Below are positions 1 to 10,881 of a stretch of 64,000 nt of DNA, piece by piece; position 1 is the stretch's first letter, and each line of letters opens with the position of its first letter. The notes below the pieces were generated by a model. That model made no database searches and had not been told where the DNA came from. It saw nothing but the letters and a program-made list of their open reading frames with translations. The stretch spans positions 87,912-151,911 of the forward strand of contig JADJLR010000008.1 of the NCBI GenBank assembly GCA_016710015.1, read 5' to 3'. A program made the position numbers and the translations under genes. This stretch comes from Flavobacteriales bacterium. GTDB taxonomy: Bacteria > Bacteroidota > Bacteroidia > Flavobacteriales_F > PHOS-HE28.

Positions 1-1164
1 ACTGTCGATGATGAATTCGAAGACCGTTTCCACATTCGCATTGGCGCAGACGATCAACTGGGAAATGGTGACCACCAGATCCTCTGGACCATCGGCATCC
101 ACGGGTAGATCCAACAGAAAGGTGACGGTGCTGTCCTCGGCAGCGAAATCCAATTGGGTAGGCAAAGCGGGCGAATAATCCACACCTGGAGTGGCGGCTC
201 CGCTGACCACGATATCCACGGTCTCCGCAGCGGAAAGATCACCTTGGCGTGTGAAGGTCAATTCCACCGGCACGCAGCCTTCACTCATGGCATTGCCGAT
301 CACACCAGGGCCAGCGGTGAGCGTGGGGATCACCTGACCCGTGCTGGTGAAACTGCCTGCCTCTAGGAAAACGGCAGAGTCGTACGCCGTGTCACTGTCG
401 AAATCGTTGCCTGCATCGGCCACGGCCAATTTGATGTGGTACGTAGCACCGCACTGCACCAACGCGAACGCCGTGAGAACCGTGGTAAATCCCCCGAAGC
501 AGACCGTGGGGCCACCTTCGTTGTTGACGTAATACTGTGGGTTCACTGCAGGACAGAGCGGATCGTTCGGGTCATTGCCCTGACCGCCGTTCACGTTGCT
601 GATCGTTACCGGTGTTACCAGGTCCGGAAGCACCGCGATATTGATCGCGCCACCGGTATACGGCCCTACTATCCCCGGACCGCTCAGGAAGAAGCCGAAG
701 GCATCGTTATAGCTGCATACGAAGGAAGGATACTCCTCTGAGGCGAACACGTACCGGAACTTCAGCGAATCTCCGGTGGGTATGAAATCGAACTCCAGCG
801 TGGAGAAGTTCGTGATGGGGCCACCCACAATGGATTCGAGGTCCGGATCATTTCCGTTGTTCCCCACATCATCCGTAGAGAAATTGTCCTCTGGTCCAAC
901 CGCCGATGCAACATATCCGGTACTGAGGATCACACCGGACCCCAGCCCCAGATCCGCACCAGCGGAAAAGGCGCCACTTCCATCCTGCGCCGTTGCAGGA
1001 ACGGGTACGCCATTGAATTCGATGTTGGCGACCGTTACACCGCCTCCGAGCAGCACGTTCTGCAGCAACTCGGTCGGGGTCATTGTATCATCTACCACCA
1101 ACTGGGCCTCACAAAAGTTAAGGGAAAGTGCCGCTAGGATGAAGAAGCCCGCTCTTTTCTGCAT
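1..1164 (-). CDS. choice-of-anchor L domain-containing secreted protein (5' end with signal peptide; 3' end lies beyond the window start)
   Basis: Open minus-strand frame from the window edge to ATG at 1164; it is absent from the ORF track because it runs off the edge. The N-terminus MQKRAGFFILAALSLNFCEAQ is a signal peptide. The following block (LLQNVLLGGGVTVANIEFNG ... LEFDFIPTGDSLKFRYVFASEEYPSF ... GFFLSGPG) matches the choice-of-anchor L domain of Bacteroidota surface/T9SS proteins. Confidence 0.7.
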   Translation of the reverse strand, partial: MQKRAGFFILAALSLNFCEAQLVVDDTMTPTELLQNVLLGGGVTVANIEFNGVPVPATAQDGSGAFSAGADLGLGSGVILSTGYVASAVGPEDNFSTDDVGNNGNDPDLESIVGGPITNFSTLEFDFIPTGDSLKFRYVFASEEYPSFVCSYNDAFGFFLSGPGIVGPYTGGAINIAVLPDLVTPVTISNVNGGQGNDPNDPLCPAVNPQYYVNNEGGPTVCFGGFTTVLTAFALVQCGATYHIKLAVADAGNDFDSDTAYDSAVFLEAGSFTSTGQVIPTLTAGPGVIGNAMSEGCVPVELTFTRQGDLSAAETVDIVVSGAATPGVDYSPALPTQLDFAAEDSTVTFLLDLPVDADGPEDLVVTISQLIVCANANVETVFEFIIDS

Positions 1165-1229
1165 GATGGATCCGAAAGGATGGTGAAAATACACTTTCAA
1201 CGTGATCTGATGACCACTCTTGGCTGCCA

Positions 1230-2666
1230 ATGGTTGCCCAATCAGCCCCGAATGCCCGGTTATCTTTGGCCACTTCACTAAATACCCTCCCGACTGTGCA
1301 AAACCTGGATGCTTACATCAAGACCCACGAGGAACGCTTCTTGAACGAACTCTTCGACCTGCTCCGGATCCCCAGCGTCAGCGCGGATCCGAAGTTCGAC
1401 GCCGATGTACGGCGCTGCGCAGAGGAAGTGAAGAAGCGACTGGTTGAAGCCGGCTTGGACAAGGTGGAGATCTGCCCCACGGATGGCCACCCGATCGTTT
1501 ACGGTGAAAAGATCACGGATCCTTCGAAGCCTACCGTGCTGGTCTATGGCCACTACGATGTACAACCCGCTGATCCCGTGGAACTTTGGCACAGCGGACC
1601 CTTTGAGCCGGTGATCAAGGATGGCATGATCTACGCCCGCGGCAGTGCGGACGACAAAGGCCAGTTCTACATGCATGTGAAGGCCGTTGAGGCCATGATG
1701 AAGAACGGCGGTCTGCCGTGCAATGTGAAGGTGATGATCGAGGGTGAAGAGGAAGTGGGAAGCAAGCACCTCGGGGTATTCGTGAAAGCCAACAAGGAGC
1801 GCCTGAAGGCCGATGTGGTGCTGATCAGCGATACGGCCATGATCGCCAACGACGTACCCAGCATCAACACCGGCTTGCGCGGACTGAGCTATGTGGAGGT
1901 GGAAGTGACCGGCCCGAACCGCGACCTGCACAGTGGTGTGTATGGTGGTGCGGTCTCCAACCCGATCAACGCGTTGTGTGAGATGATCGCCAGTTTGCAT
2001 GACGCTGACCGCCGGATCACCCTCCCAGGTTTCTACGACACCGTTCAAGAACTGAGCGCTGCCGAGCGAAAGGCTTTGGCCGAGGCCCCCTTCGATGAAA
2101 CGGCGTACATGAAGGATCTGGACATCGATGCGGTGCGTGGCGAGAAGGGCTACACCTCCGAGGAGCGCAGCAGCATCCGGCCCACTTTGGATGTGAATGG
2201 CATTTGGGGCGGTTACATTGGAGAAGGGGCCAAAACGGTACTTCCAAGCAAGGCTTTCGCCAAATTGAGCATGCGGTTGGTGCCGAACCAGAAGAGCGAG
2301 GCCATCACCAAACTGTTCCAGGACCACTTCGTGAAAATGGCGCCTCCGGGTGTTCGCGTTGTGGTTCGTCCCCACCACGGTGGCGAGGCAGCGGTGACCC
2401 CGATCGATTCCCAGGCATACTTGGCGGCCAGCAAGGCCATGGAAGAGACCTTTGGCAAGAAGCCGATCCCAACGCGGGGTGGCGGAAGCATCCCCATCGT
2501 GGCTTTGTTCGAAGCCGAATTGGGACTAAAGACGGTGCTCTTCGGCTTCGGCTTGGATAGCGACAACATCCACAGCCCGAACGAGAAGTACGGCGTATTC
2601 AACTACCTCCAAGGGATCCGCACCATTCCACGGTTCTTCCACCATTTTGCAGCTTCCGCAAAGTGA
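1230..2666 (+). CDS. M20 family metallopeptidase (dipeptidase / ArgE-DapE-CPG2-like)
   Basis: 478-aa ORF with GHYDVQPADP...WHSGPFEP, SADDKGQ and EGEEEVGS metal-binding motifs of M20 peptidases. The true start may be the in-frame GTG at 1296 (MQNLDAYIK...). Confidence 0.8.
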   Translation: MVAQSAPNARLSLATSLNTLPTVQNLDAYIKTHEERFLNELFDLLRIPSVSADPKFDADVRRCAEEVKKRLVEAGLDKVEICPTDGHPIVYGEKITDPSKPTVLVYGHYDVQPADPVELWHSGPFEPVIKDGMIYARGSADDKGQFYMHVKAVEAMMKNGGLPCNVKVMIEGEEEVGSKHLGVFVKANKERLKADVVLISDTAMIANDVPSINTGLRGLSYVEVEVTGPNRDLHSGVYGGAVSNPINALCEMIASLHDADRRITLPGFYDTVQELSAAERKALAEAPFDETAYMKDLDIDAVRGEKGYTSEERSSIRPTLDVNGIWGGYIGEGAKTVLPSKAFAKLSMRLVPNQKSEAITKLFQDHFVKMAPPGVRVVVRPHHGGEAAVTPIDSQAYLAASKAMEETFGKKPIPTRGGGSIPIVALFEAELGLKTVLFGFGLDSDNIHSPNEKYGVFNYLQGIRTIPRFFHHFAASAK

Positions 2667-3154
2667 ACTTCGTTGATCAGGCGGTAAGTGGCAGGTGGCG
2701 GTTCCTCCACCCGGATCCCCTTTCATTTTATGTGTGCCTCGTGCTATTGACATCCTGCCTCAGCTACAAAGAAGTCGTGCTGCGTGATATCACGAACGTG
2801 GCGGTGGAGCGCATGGATGCGAAGGGTATCGCTTTGCGGGTGGATGCCCTGTTGGACAATCCGAACGGCTACCGCATCCACGTGCTGGATCCCGATGTGG
2901 ACCTCTACCTCAATGAGAAGTACATCGGCAAAGGCTTTCTGGACTCCATCGTGGTGCTACAGAGACGGACCGAAAAGGTGTATTCCGTGCCCATGCACGC
3001 CGAGCTGAAAGGAGGCTCGCTCTTGATGCTCTTGCTTTCGGGTTCCTTTAGCGGAAAGGACGTGACCCTTGGGGTAAAGGGTACCGTGGTGGGCAAGGCC
3101 GGATTCCTGCGGAAACGCTTTCCATTCGAACTGGAGGAGCAGATCCAGTTCTAA
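2663..3154 (+). CDS. hypothetical lipoprotein (possible LEA14/WHy-like fold)
   Basis: 163-aa ORF with FYVCLVLLTSC lipobox-like signal and a mid-region resembling LEA_2-type proteins. Start codon uncertain. Confidence 0.4.
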   Translation: MNFVDQAVSGRWRFLHPDPLSFYVCLVLLTSCLSYKEVVLRDITNVAVERMDAKGIALRVDALLDNPNGYRIHVLDPDVDLYLNEKYIGKGFLDSIVVLQRRTEKVYSVPMHAELKGGSLLMLLLSGSFSGKDVTLGVKGTVVGKAGFLRKRFPFELEEQIQF

Positions 3155-3612
3155 TCCGACCAACCGTCCGGGCGCTCCCATGTGCTGACCACTTCGTAGC
3201 CGAACATTCCCTTCGCCGTGCCCAACAAGCGTTCTCCGTATTGAAGTCCACGCACCCGGTCGGGATCCGGGACCTCCTCGAAAGACGGTGGCAATTGGCC
3301 TCGTTCGCTCCAGTAGTTGCGCAATTCACGCACGGTGCCATCGTACCGTAGGATCCGCAGACGTTCCGGCCCATGAACCAACATGTTCAACCAAAGGAGA
3401 CCGCTGAATAGGAAGGGTCCAACGGCCAACAAGTTGAACAGGAACCACTCCAAACGCTCCATCCCCAGCCCTAGGCCGATGCGCTTGTACGGCAAGAGGT
3501 TCCCGACGAAGCAGAACAAGGCCAACCACCGTGCTAGCACCGCAAACTCCTGCAAGGTGCGGATGCCGACCCACCAGAAACTGAACATCAGCACGAAGAG
3601 GCCGAAGACCAT
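3151..3612 (-). CDS. hypothetical membrane protein
   Basis: Minus ORF (track 3151..3846). ATG at 3612 (MVFGLFVLMFSFWW...) avoids overlap with the divergent YyaL start; 2-3 predicted TM helices; no recognisable family. Alternative starts at 3726 or 3738. Confidence 0.35.
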   Translation of the reverse strand: MVFGLFVLMFSFWWVGIRTLQEFAVLARWLALFCFVGNLLPYKRIGLGLGMERLEWFLFNLLAVGPFLFSGLLWLNMLVHGPERLRILRYDGTVRELRNYWSERGQLPPSFEEVPDPDRVRGLQYGERLLGTAKGMFGYEVVSTWERPDGWSD

Positions 3613-3706
3613 CCAGGTGCTCGGCCAGGTCTGCTCCTTGGCAGCCCCTTCCACGGCGCGGTGTTGATGCACTCCTCCCGGACCACGCCGCACGCGTTGT
3701 AGCAAG

Positions 3707-5858
3707 GTGTTCCTTTGGAGTGGCATGTCCGCGAACATACACCTGATGGTCGGTACACTGGCTGTGCTGACCGGATCCCACGGTTGTGCCCAAAGATCCG
3801 AACACGGGACCAACCCGCCCCAAGAAACCATGGCCGAACACACCAATCGCTTGGCGCAGGAAAGCAGCCCCTACCTCCTCCAGCATGCGCACAACCCTGT
3901 GGATTGGTACCCGTGGGGCGAGGAAGCGTTCGCCAAGGCCAAGGCGGAGAACAAGCTCCTGCTGATCAGCATCGGGTACAGCAGTTGCCATTGGTGCCAC
4001 GTAATGGAACGCGAAAGTTTCGAGGACACCGCCGTGGCCCAAGTGATGAACGATCGCTTCGTATGCGTGAAGGTGGATCGTGAGGAACGCCCCGATGTGG
4101 ACCAGGTATACATGAGCGCCGTGCAGTTGATGACCGGACAAGGAGGTTGGCCGTTGAACTGTTTCGCCTTACCCGACGGTCGGCCCGTTCACGGCGGCAC
4201 CTATTTCCCCGCCAAGCAGTGGGTGGAGCTGCTCACCGAACTGGACAAGACCTGGCAGCAGGACCCGGATCGTGTGCGCGCATATGCCGAGCGATTGCAC
4301 CAAGGCGTGAAGTCCCAAAACCTGGTGCAGACCACCGAGGAAGAGGCCGTGGTCGACCGTGGGGATCTCGATGCCTTGGTCGATGTTTGGCGCGACCGAT
4401 TGGACAACATCAACGGTGGACCGGACAAGGTGCCGAAGTTCCCCATGCCCAACAACTACGAATTCCTTTTGCGCTACGCGTGGCTCACCGAAGACAATGC
4501 GTTGAAAAGGCACGTGGAGCTGACCTTGGACAAGATGGCCTTGGGCGGGATCCATGATCAAGTGGGCGGCGGCTTTGCACGGTACAGCACGGATGCCGTG
4601 TGGAAGGCTCCGCACTTCGAGAAAATGCTGTACGACAATGCGCAACTCGTATCGCTCTACAGCAGGGCCTATCAAGCGTTCGGAAAGCCGTTGTACAAGC
4701 AGACCGTGGAGCATGCGCTTGCCTTCATCCAACGGGAAATGACCGCTCCGAACGGCTTGTTCTACAGCGCCCTCGATGCGGATACCGAAGGCGAGGAGGG
4801 GCGCTTCTACGTGTGGGAAAAGGACGAATTGCAAACGCTGCTTGGTGCCGAATACGACCTGGCCGCCGCCTACTACAACGTGGGTCCGAAAGGGCTTTGG
4901 GAACATGGCCGATACATCCTCTTGCGCAGTGAGGACGACCCGGCCTTCGCTGACCAATTCGGGATCGCGCTGCCCGAACTGGAACAACGCATCACGGCCA
5001 TCAACAACACGCTGCTCCACGCACGCGAAACCCGAGAACGACCCGGCCTGGATGACAAGTGCCTGACCTCGTGGAACGCGCTGATGGTCTCCGGGTATTG
5101 CGATGCCTACGAAGCGTTCGGGGATCCCACGTACTTGCAATGCGCCACTCGTGCCATGGATGTGTTGCTCTCCACTTGTCGTCGCACCAACGGAGCCCTG
5201 TGGCATTCCTACAAGGCCGAGACCAACGGACCGGGCAAGGCCACCATCAACGGCTATTTGGAGGACTATTGCTTCACGATCGAAGGCGCTGATCGACCTC
5301 TACCAGGTCACCTTCGAAGAACGCTGGCTCACCGAAGCACGCGCCTTGGCCGACCATGCCATCCGCCATTTCCTGGATGAAAGCACCGGCGTGTTCCACT
5401 TTACCAGCGATCTGGATCCGGCATTGATCGCACGCCCTTCCGAGTTACACGACAACGTGATCCCGGCATCGAACAGCAGCATGGCCAACGGGCTGTTCCT
5501 CCTCGGTCATCTATTCGACGACGAACACTACTTGGCCATCAGTGAACGGCTCCTTCGCACCATTCCGGTGAACATGGCATCGTATCCCACCGGCCATTCC
5601 AACTGGGCACAACTCGCCGTGCAGACCGCATTCCCTTTCTACGAGATCGCCATCACCGGCCCGCAAGCGCTTGCGATGCGCCAAGCTTTCGCATCCCATT
5701 ATCTCCCCAACCGATCGTTCATGGGAAGTACCACCACCAGCTACCTGCCGTTATTGAATGGCAAGACCGGTGCCGGTAGCACGATCTTTGTGTGTGTGGA
5801 GAAGACCTGTCAACTTCCGGTCACCACTGTAGAAGCGGCTTTGAAGCAGATACCATGA
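3707..5858 (+). CDS. thioredoxin domain-containing protein YyaL (DUF255 + N-acylglucosamine-epimerase-like six-hairpin), frameshifted near 5282-5288
   Basis: [23 protein letters not shown] and [12 protein letters not shown] thioredoxin-like motifs. The protein continues in a +1 frame (track ORF 5103..5858: [14 protein letters not shown]...) after ...[11 protein letters not shown]. One extra G in a GG run breaks the frame. Joined length ~717 aa is typical of YyaL. Start may be 3725 (MSANIHL) or 3830 (MAEHTNRL). Confidence 0.8.
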
Positions 5859-6757
5859 TCCGTTCCCTCCTCCTCCTGTTCACTTCCACACTCGCATGGG
5901 GTGCAACCGCGCAGGCCCTGCTGATCCTGCCAGAGACCGGGGATGTACACGACCTGCACTTCAATCCGAAATTCATCCAGCGCAACCACATCAGCGCCAT
6001 CATCGGCCAACGCATGGTGAAACGCGAAGGCGAACCCATGCGCGAACGCAACGAGAAATACCTGTACCGCTTCAATACCATTGGGCTTCCGGTATACAGC
6101 AACAACTCGTTCGGTCAACCAGGGAGCGGGCGCGATACGGCGAGCACCACCTACACGTACGATACCGGAGGCCGTGTGATGCGCCGCCTGCGGAACGACC
6201 TCAGTGGCCACTTCGCCTACGAGAACGAATTGGATGCCAAAGGCCGCGTGGTACGCGAGACCTATACCCGCGTGGAGAACCTCGGCACGGACCGTTACAA
6301 CCTGATCCCCGGAAAGGTGTCGGAGATCAGCGACGAACATTTCCGGTACGAGGCACTCAGTGATACCGTGCTGAAGAAGGTCCACATCAACAACTACGAT
6401 CTGCCCTTCCGCGAGCAATTGTTCGTGACCGATCAACTCGGCTACCTGCGACGTATGGAAGACCGCTACCTGATCAGCAACCGCCGATCACGTGTATCAT
6501 TCAGTTACGATGAGAAAGGACGGTTGGCCGAACGCATCGAACAGCCCGACTTGGATCAGCCACGGACCATGAAGCGGGTCTGGCGGTACGATGCAGCAGG
6601 CAACGTGATCGAAGGGGAACTCTGGCATGATGACCGCCAACAAGAGCGCGATGAATACCTCTACGATGCACACACCATGGAACTGAAGGCCCGCTTGACC
6701 AAGGACCTGATCTCCGGTGTGATCCACGTGGTGCGCTTCACCACCGAACGGAACTGA
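5855..6757 (+). CDS. small secreted YD/RHS-repeat protein
   Basis: Start [21 protein letters not shown] (signal peptide) overlaps the YyaL stop (ATGA). At least five YD-type repeats: YTYDTGGRVMRR, YENELDAKGRVVRETY, FSYDEKGRLAERIE, WRYDAAGNVIEGE, YLYDAH. Confidence 0.55.
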   Translation: MIRSLLLLFTSTLAWGATAQALLILPETGDVHDLHFNPKFIQRNHISAIIGQRMVKREGEPMRERNEKYLYRFNTIGLPVYSNNSFGQPGSGRDTASTTYTYDTGGRVMRRLRNDLSGHFAYENELDAKGRVVRETYTRVENLGTDRYNLIPGKVSEISDEHFRYEALSDTVLKKVHINNYDLPFREQLFVTDQLGYLRRMEDRYLISNRRSRVSFSYDEKGRLAERIEQPDLDQPRTMKRVWRYDAAGNVIEGELWHDDRQQERDEYLYDAHTMELKARLTKDLISGVIHVVRFTTERN

Positions 6758-7257
6758 TGCGTCCGTTCTTCCTTTTCGCATTGCTCTTGACCGGCACGTT
6801 CGCCAGTGCCCAACGTGCGATCATTCGCCACGCCTACGGCCCGTTCGGAACTGCCGGCGATGCGGCTTACATCGTGGAAGAGGGACGCATCTACCAAGCC
6901 TGCGGACCCTTCGGCGCGAAAGGTGCCTGCCTCTATGTGTATACTGAAGATGAGGTGTACCATAGCCGCGATGCGTTCGGCATCAAAGGCCAAGGGGCTT
7001 TCCGGATAGAAGGCGATACGTTCTACCGGTGCCACGGCACGTTCTGCGCTAAGAGCGCCTGTGCCTTGCTGCTGGAAAAGCAAAGGTCTTCCGCGCCGAT
7101 GGTGCTTTTTGCAACAAAGGCGATGCTGCATTCTTGCTTGAAGGCAATACCATCTTCCTCGCCGAAGGTCCGTTCTGCAACAAGACCGACGCGATCCTGC
7201 AAGTGCAAGGCGAGGTGCCGATGATCGCCTTGTTGACGGTGTTGGCGGGGCTTTGAG
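6757..7257 (+). CDS. secreted tandem-repeat protein (~22-aa G-P/T-F-G/C ... EG-x-x-I-Y/F repeats), frameshifted near 7075-7086
   Basis: MRPFFLFALLLTGTFASAQ signal peptide. Repeats AYGPFGTAGDAAYIVEEGRIYQ / ACGPFGAKGACLYVYTEDEVYHSR / DAFGIKGQGAFRIEGDTFYR / CHGTFCAKSACALLLE.. continue in the -1 frame as ..KAKVFRADGAFCNKGDAAFLLEGNTIFLAEGPFCNKTDAILQVQGEVPMIALLTVLAGL to a stop at 7255-7257. The break lies in an AAAA run. Confidence 0.5.
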
Positions 7258-7350
7258 AAAGGCAAATAGCTCGCGGAGTTGTTTCTACTGAATTGTTCGT
7301 TGCATCACCCTCCGGATCACCTTGTCGGCAGTTCAAGATAGATGAGTTGA

Positions 7351-8037
7351 TCACTGCGAGCGCTTTCGCGGTTTCATCAAATTGGCCCCTTTGCCGTACT
7401 CCGGCACCAAGTAAGCGAGGTCATCAAAGGCACTTTGTGTGAAGCGGCGTTCGGCCTCGGCGCACATGGCACTTGCTGTTGGGCGTATACCGGGAATTAC
7501 GTGAACTCTGGGTTCGCCTTCCCATACGATCGTGGCCTTGTCCGCGCCATCCCCGAACACGGCGCATGGGGCTTGCGCGGCCACCCATTCCGCATCCAAC
7601 ACCAAGGGACTTGATGGCCCCGTGGCGACACCTGCTGCATCGTGCGGTCGGGTGAATACCTCCATGCGTCGGGCATCCACCATGGGCCATTGCGGCAGTT
7701 CTTCCGGCACGCCGATCTCCTTGGCCCGTTCCACCAAAGTGCGCAGCGTGCTGATGCCGATGATCGGAATGTCAAGTGCGAAGCAAAGGCCCTTGGCCGC
7801 ACTCAATCCGATGCGAAGACCAGTGTAGGAACCCGGTCCGATCCCCACGGCCACAGCATCCAATTCACTGAAAGTGGTCCCGGCTTTCGCCATCACCTCG
7901 GCCACGAAGACGTTCAGCTTCTCGGCATGCACGAGGGCATCGCTCTCCAATTCGCGTACAGCGACGACCACACCATCCCGCGACAAGGCAACGCTGCACA
8001 ACTTGGTGGCGGTCTCGAGAGCTAGGATCAGTGGCAC
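7351..8037 (-). CDS. tsaB: tRNA threonylcarbamoyladenosine biosynthesis protein TsaB (YeaZ)
   Basis: 228 aa with GTG start. ILALETATKLCSVAL ... AVGIGPGSYTGLRIGLSAAKGL motifs of the inactive Kae1/TsaD paralogue TsaB. Confidence 0.8.
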   Translation of the reverse strand: MPLILALETATKLCSVALSRDGVVVAVRELESDALVHAEKLNVFVAEVMAKAGTTFSELDAVAVGIGPGSYTGLRIGLSAAKGLCFALDIPIIGISTLRTLVERAKEIGVPEELPQWPMVDARRMEVFTRPHDAAGVATGPSSPLVLDAEWVAAQAPCAVFGDGADKATIVWEGEPRVHVIPGIRPTASAMCAEAERRFTQSAFDDLAYLVPEYGKGANLMKPRKRSQ

Positions 8038-8092
8038 CGCGCGAAGGAACCGCTTGTGGATGGGATCGGCAAGCCGAAATGCAGCAGCACGG

Positions 8093-9507
8093 TCAAAGTG
8101 TGAGCGGAATGCCCTGAATGATCTCCAAGGATTTGAGCGCCATCAGGTAGCTGTAACGCGCCGTGATCATATCTGCATTGGAGCGGTTCAAGTTGGCCTT
8201 GGCGGTGCTCAACTCCAGTGCCGTTAAGGCACCTTGCTCAAAGCGCTCATTGGCGTAGCGGACGGATTCGTTGGAGGCTTCGTACGCATTGGTCGCGGCC
8301 AAGAACTGCCGGTAGGCCGCACGCTGGTCCGCGATGGCCTGCTGCACGGAAAGTTGCAATTGCTGTTCCTGGTCCGTTTGCTGCAACCGGGCTTGTTCAT
8401 AGCGGATGCGTGCCTGTTGGCTCGCGGTACGTGTGTTCATGTTGTTGAACAATGGAATGCTCAAGGTCCACGACGCGGAATAATTGACGTTGTCCTTGAG
8501 CTGATCCCCGAAGGGTCTTGTGGCCGTGTTGTACGAGAGACTCGGGGTGAATACGTCCTCTCCGGATGCCGTGAAGCCCACAACGGAGGGTGACCCAATG
8601 ATCGGTTCCCCGACGATGACCTCATCCCGTCCGGAATAACCGGAGGCCACGTTCGCACTGAAGCGCAACGATGGTATGCCTCCTGCACGTGCGATCTCTA
8701 CTCCACGTTCCGCACTCTCCACATTCAATTGGCGCCGCTTGTACGCCGGGTGCGTTTCGAGCACGCGTTGCATCACCTGTTCCACGGTTGCAATTGGCGC
8801 TTCTGGCCGGAAGTCCTTCAGGGTGGGTGCCGTGATGCTGAACGATCCGCCTCCTGCGGTGTGAGTTGCAGCAATTGCGCCATGCGCAGGCTGGCTTGCT
8901 GGTAGTGATTCTCCGCCGTGATGATGTCGTACTCTTCTCGCGCCAATTGCGATCGGATGTCCAACAATTCCACACGCGCGGTGCGTCCGGCCTCCACCAT
9001 GGCTTCGGTGAGGGTGATCTGTTCTCGCGTCCGATCCGCGTTCACGGTTGCGGCACGGATGCGCTCTTCACTGCTGAGCATTTCCATGAAGCGCGCCGAT
9101 ACCGCCGTAAGGACATCGATCCGCGCTGCGGCCAGCCCTTCTTCCGCAGAGAGGTTGTCCAACTTGGCCTGCTTGAACTGGTTCTGTTGGCTCAATCCGC
9201 CGAAGAGCATCCAGTCACTTCCGAGGTAGAAGTTGTTGGTACGCACCCGGTCGGTGGCGAAGGTGTTCGTGTACCGGTCGATGGTCTGCCCCCAGTTGTA
9301 ACCATGGGTAGCCGCCGCATTCAGGTTCGGCAGGAAGCCCCATTGCGCACCTTGCTTTCCAACGGCTGCGAAGTCCCGATCGTAAGAGGCACTGCGGATC
9401 GCGAGGTTCTTCGCCTCGGCCCGTGAAACACATTGCTCCAAGGTCCATGGGCCTTGTGCGAAGGAACTGGAAACGAAGAAGAGGAGGACGATGGACGGGT
9501 AACGCAT
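8093..9507 (-). CDS. TolC family outer membrane efflux protein, frameshifted near 8848-8858
   Basis: N-terminal part (track 8818..9543; start MRYPSIVLLFFVSSSFAQ at 9507) and C-terminal part (track 8093..8785) are both TolC/OEP-like. They join as ...LQLTPQEAD|SFSITAPTLKDFRPEAPIATVEQVMQRVLETHPAYK. A single missing base breaks the frame. Total ~470 aa. Confidence 0.7.
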
Positions 9508-9628
9508 GGGAAATGAGCGCCGGATGGACTCTCGGACGCTCAAAACTACCCTCTACGGGTGTGCCTACTTATCACTTATGACGAACGGTGGATGTGCGGG
9601 GCAGGTGGTGGGCCTTGCAGGTCCTCGA

Positions 9629-10852
9629 TCAAAGACCCATCACCTTTACCTCTACTCGGCGGTTGGCCTCGCTCTGCTCCCTGTTCCGCGGTTCCGGAAA
9701 GAGCATTTCCGAATTGCCCAACCCCTGGTACGTGATGCGCGCGGGGTCCAGATCGTTGATGAGCAGGAAGTCATAGACCGTGCGCGCCCGTGCCGTGCTG
9801 AGTTCGATGAATTCCTTCTTGTTCTTGAATGTGGGGCCGTTCACATGGCCTTGCACTTCGATCTTCACCTTGGGATTCTCCTGCATGAAACGGAGCAACA
9901 AGAGCAACGATGCTTCGGATTGGCGCATCACCTTGTCCTCGTTCCCTACGAAGCGGATGTCGTCCAACACCACCTTCTCCCCCGCACTGATCGGTACGAG
10001 TTTGATGTCGATGATGACTTCCGGATCCGTGCTGCCTTTTGCGCGTACCGTGGTGAACATGTATCCCTTGCGGGTACAGCCGACCTTCAAGTTCCGGTAC
10101 ACGTCCATGTCATATTCGTACTTGCTCTTTCCGCTGGCTTCGGTCACTTCATCGAACCGCATGCCATCGATGGTCAACGTTGCATCTATCGGTTTGCCGG
10201 ACTTGGCATCCACGATGTTGATGACCAGGTGTTGCTGTGCTTTCTCCTTCTCCACGGGTGGTGGCGGAGGTGGTGGGTCGTAGTGGAAACGGATCTCGTA
10301 TCCGCCGCGCGGGCGATCCTGCGCATCCACCACCAAGTAGAACAGTTGTCCTTGTTCCACCTCCATCGAACTACTGTAACTGGCACCGATACCGGAACGA
10401 ACGAATTCGCTCGTGGCCTCCTTGCTCAAGCCGCACATCGAACCCACGGACGGATCGTTGCGCGAGATGTTCGAACGGACCGGGATCACCTGTTTGCTCG
10501 CGATCTTATCGCAAATACCCGGGATCGCTCCTTCGAAGATGATGAAGTCGAAATCGTCGTTCTTGTCGTTCGGGACGATATCGAAAGTGAGGTTACACTT
10601 CACCGGCACACGGAATTTGTACCAGATGGTGTGGTGTTCTCGCTCGAACCATTGGAGGTCCTCCGAGGGGTTCTCCTTGATCTCCAGCTTGTTGCCGAAA
10701 CCACGCACCGCCTGATCGGTCCGGTAGATCGAATCGGTGATGAAGAGTGCCCCGGTGCAGTCGCCATTGTCCTGCGTAAATTGAACAGGATCCTGAGCCC
10801 AAAGCGGGATCAACAACAAGACCGTTATGAAGGAGAGCAGCGAACGGATCAT
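9629..10852 (-). CDS. OmpA family protein (C-terminal OmpA/peptidoglycan-binding domain)
   Basis: Start [20 protein letters not shown] at 10852 by protein index. Poly-Pro linker [14 protein letters not shown]-terminal OmpA signature ...[10 protein letters not shown]...NRRVEVKV. Confidence 0.75.
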   Translation of the reverse strand: MIRSLLSFITVLLLIPLWAQDPVQFTQDNGDCTGALFITDSIYRTDQAVRGFGNKLEIKENPSEDLQWFEREHHTIWYKFRVPVKCNLTFDIVPNDKNDDFDFIIFEGAIPGICDKIASKQVIPVRSNISRNDPSVGSMCGLSKEATSEFVRSGIGASYSSSMEVEQGQLFYLVVDAQDRPRGGYEIRFHYDPPPPPPPVEKEKAQQHLVINIVDAKSGKPIDATLTIDGMRFDEVTEASGKSKYEYDMDVYRNLKVGCTRKGYMFTTVRAKGSTDPEVIIDIKLVPISAGEKVVLDDIRFVGNEDKVMRQSEASLLLLLRFMQENPKVKIEVQGHVNGPTFKNKKEFIELSTARARTVYDFLLINDLDPARITYQGLGNSEMLFPEPRNREQSEANRRVEVKVMGL

Positions 10853-10881
10853 TTCGGCCCGTGCATACGCAAGAAGCCGGG

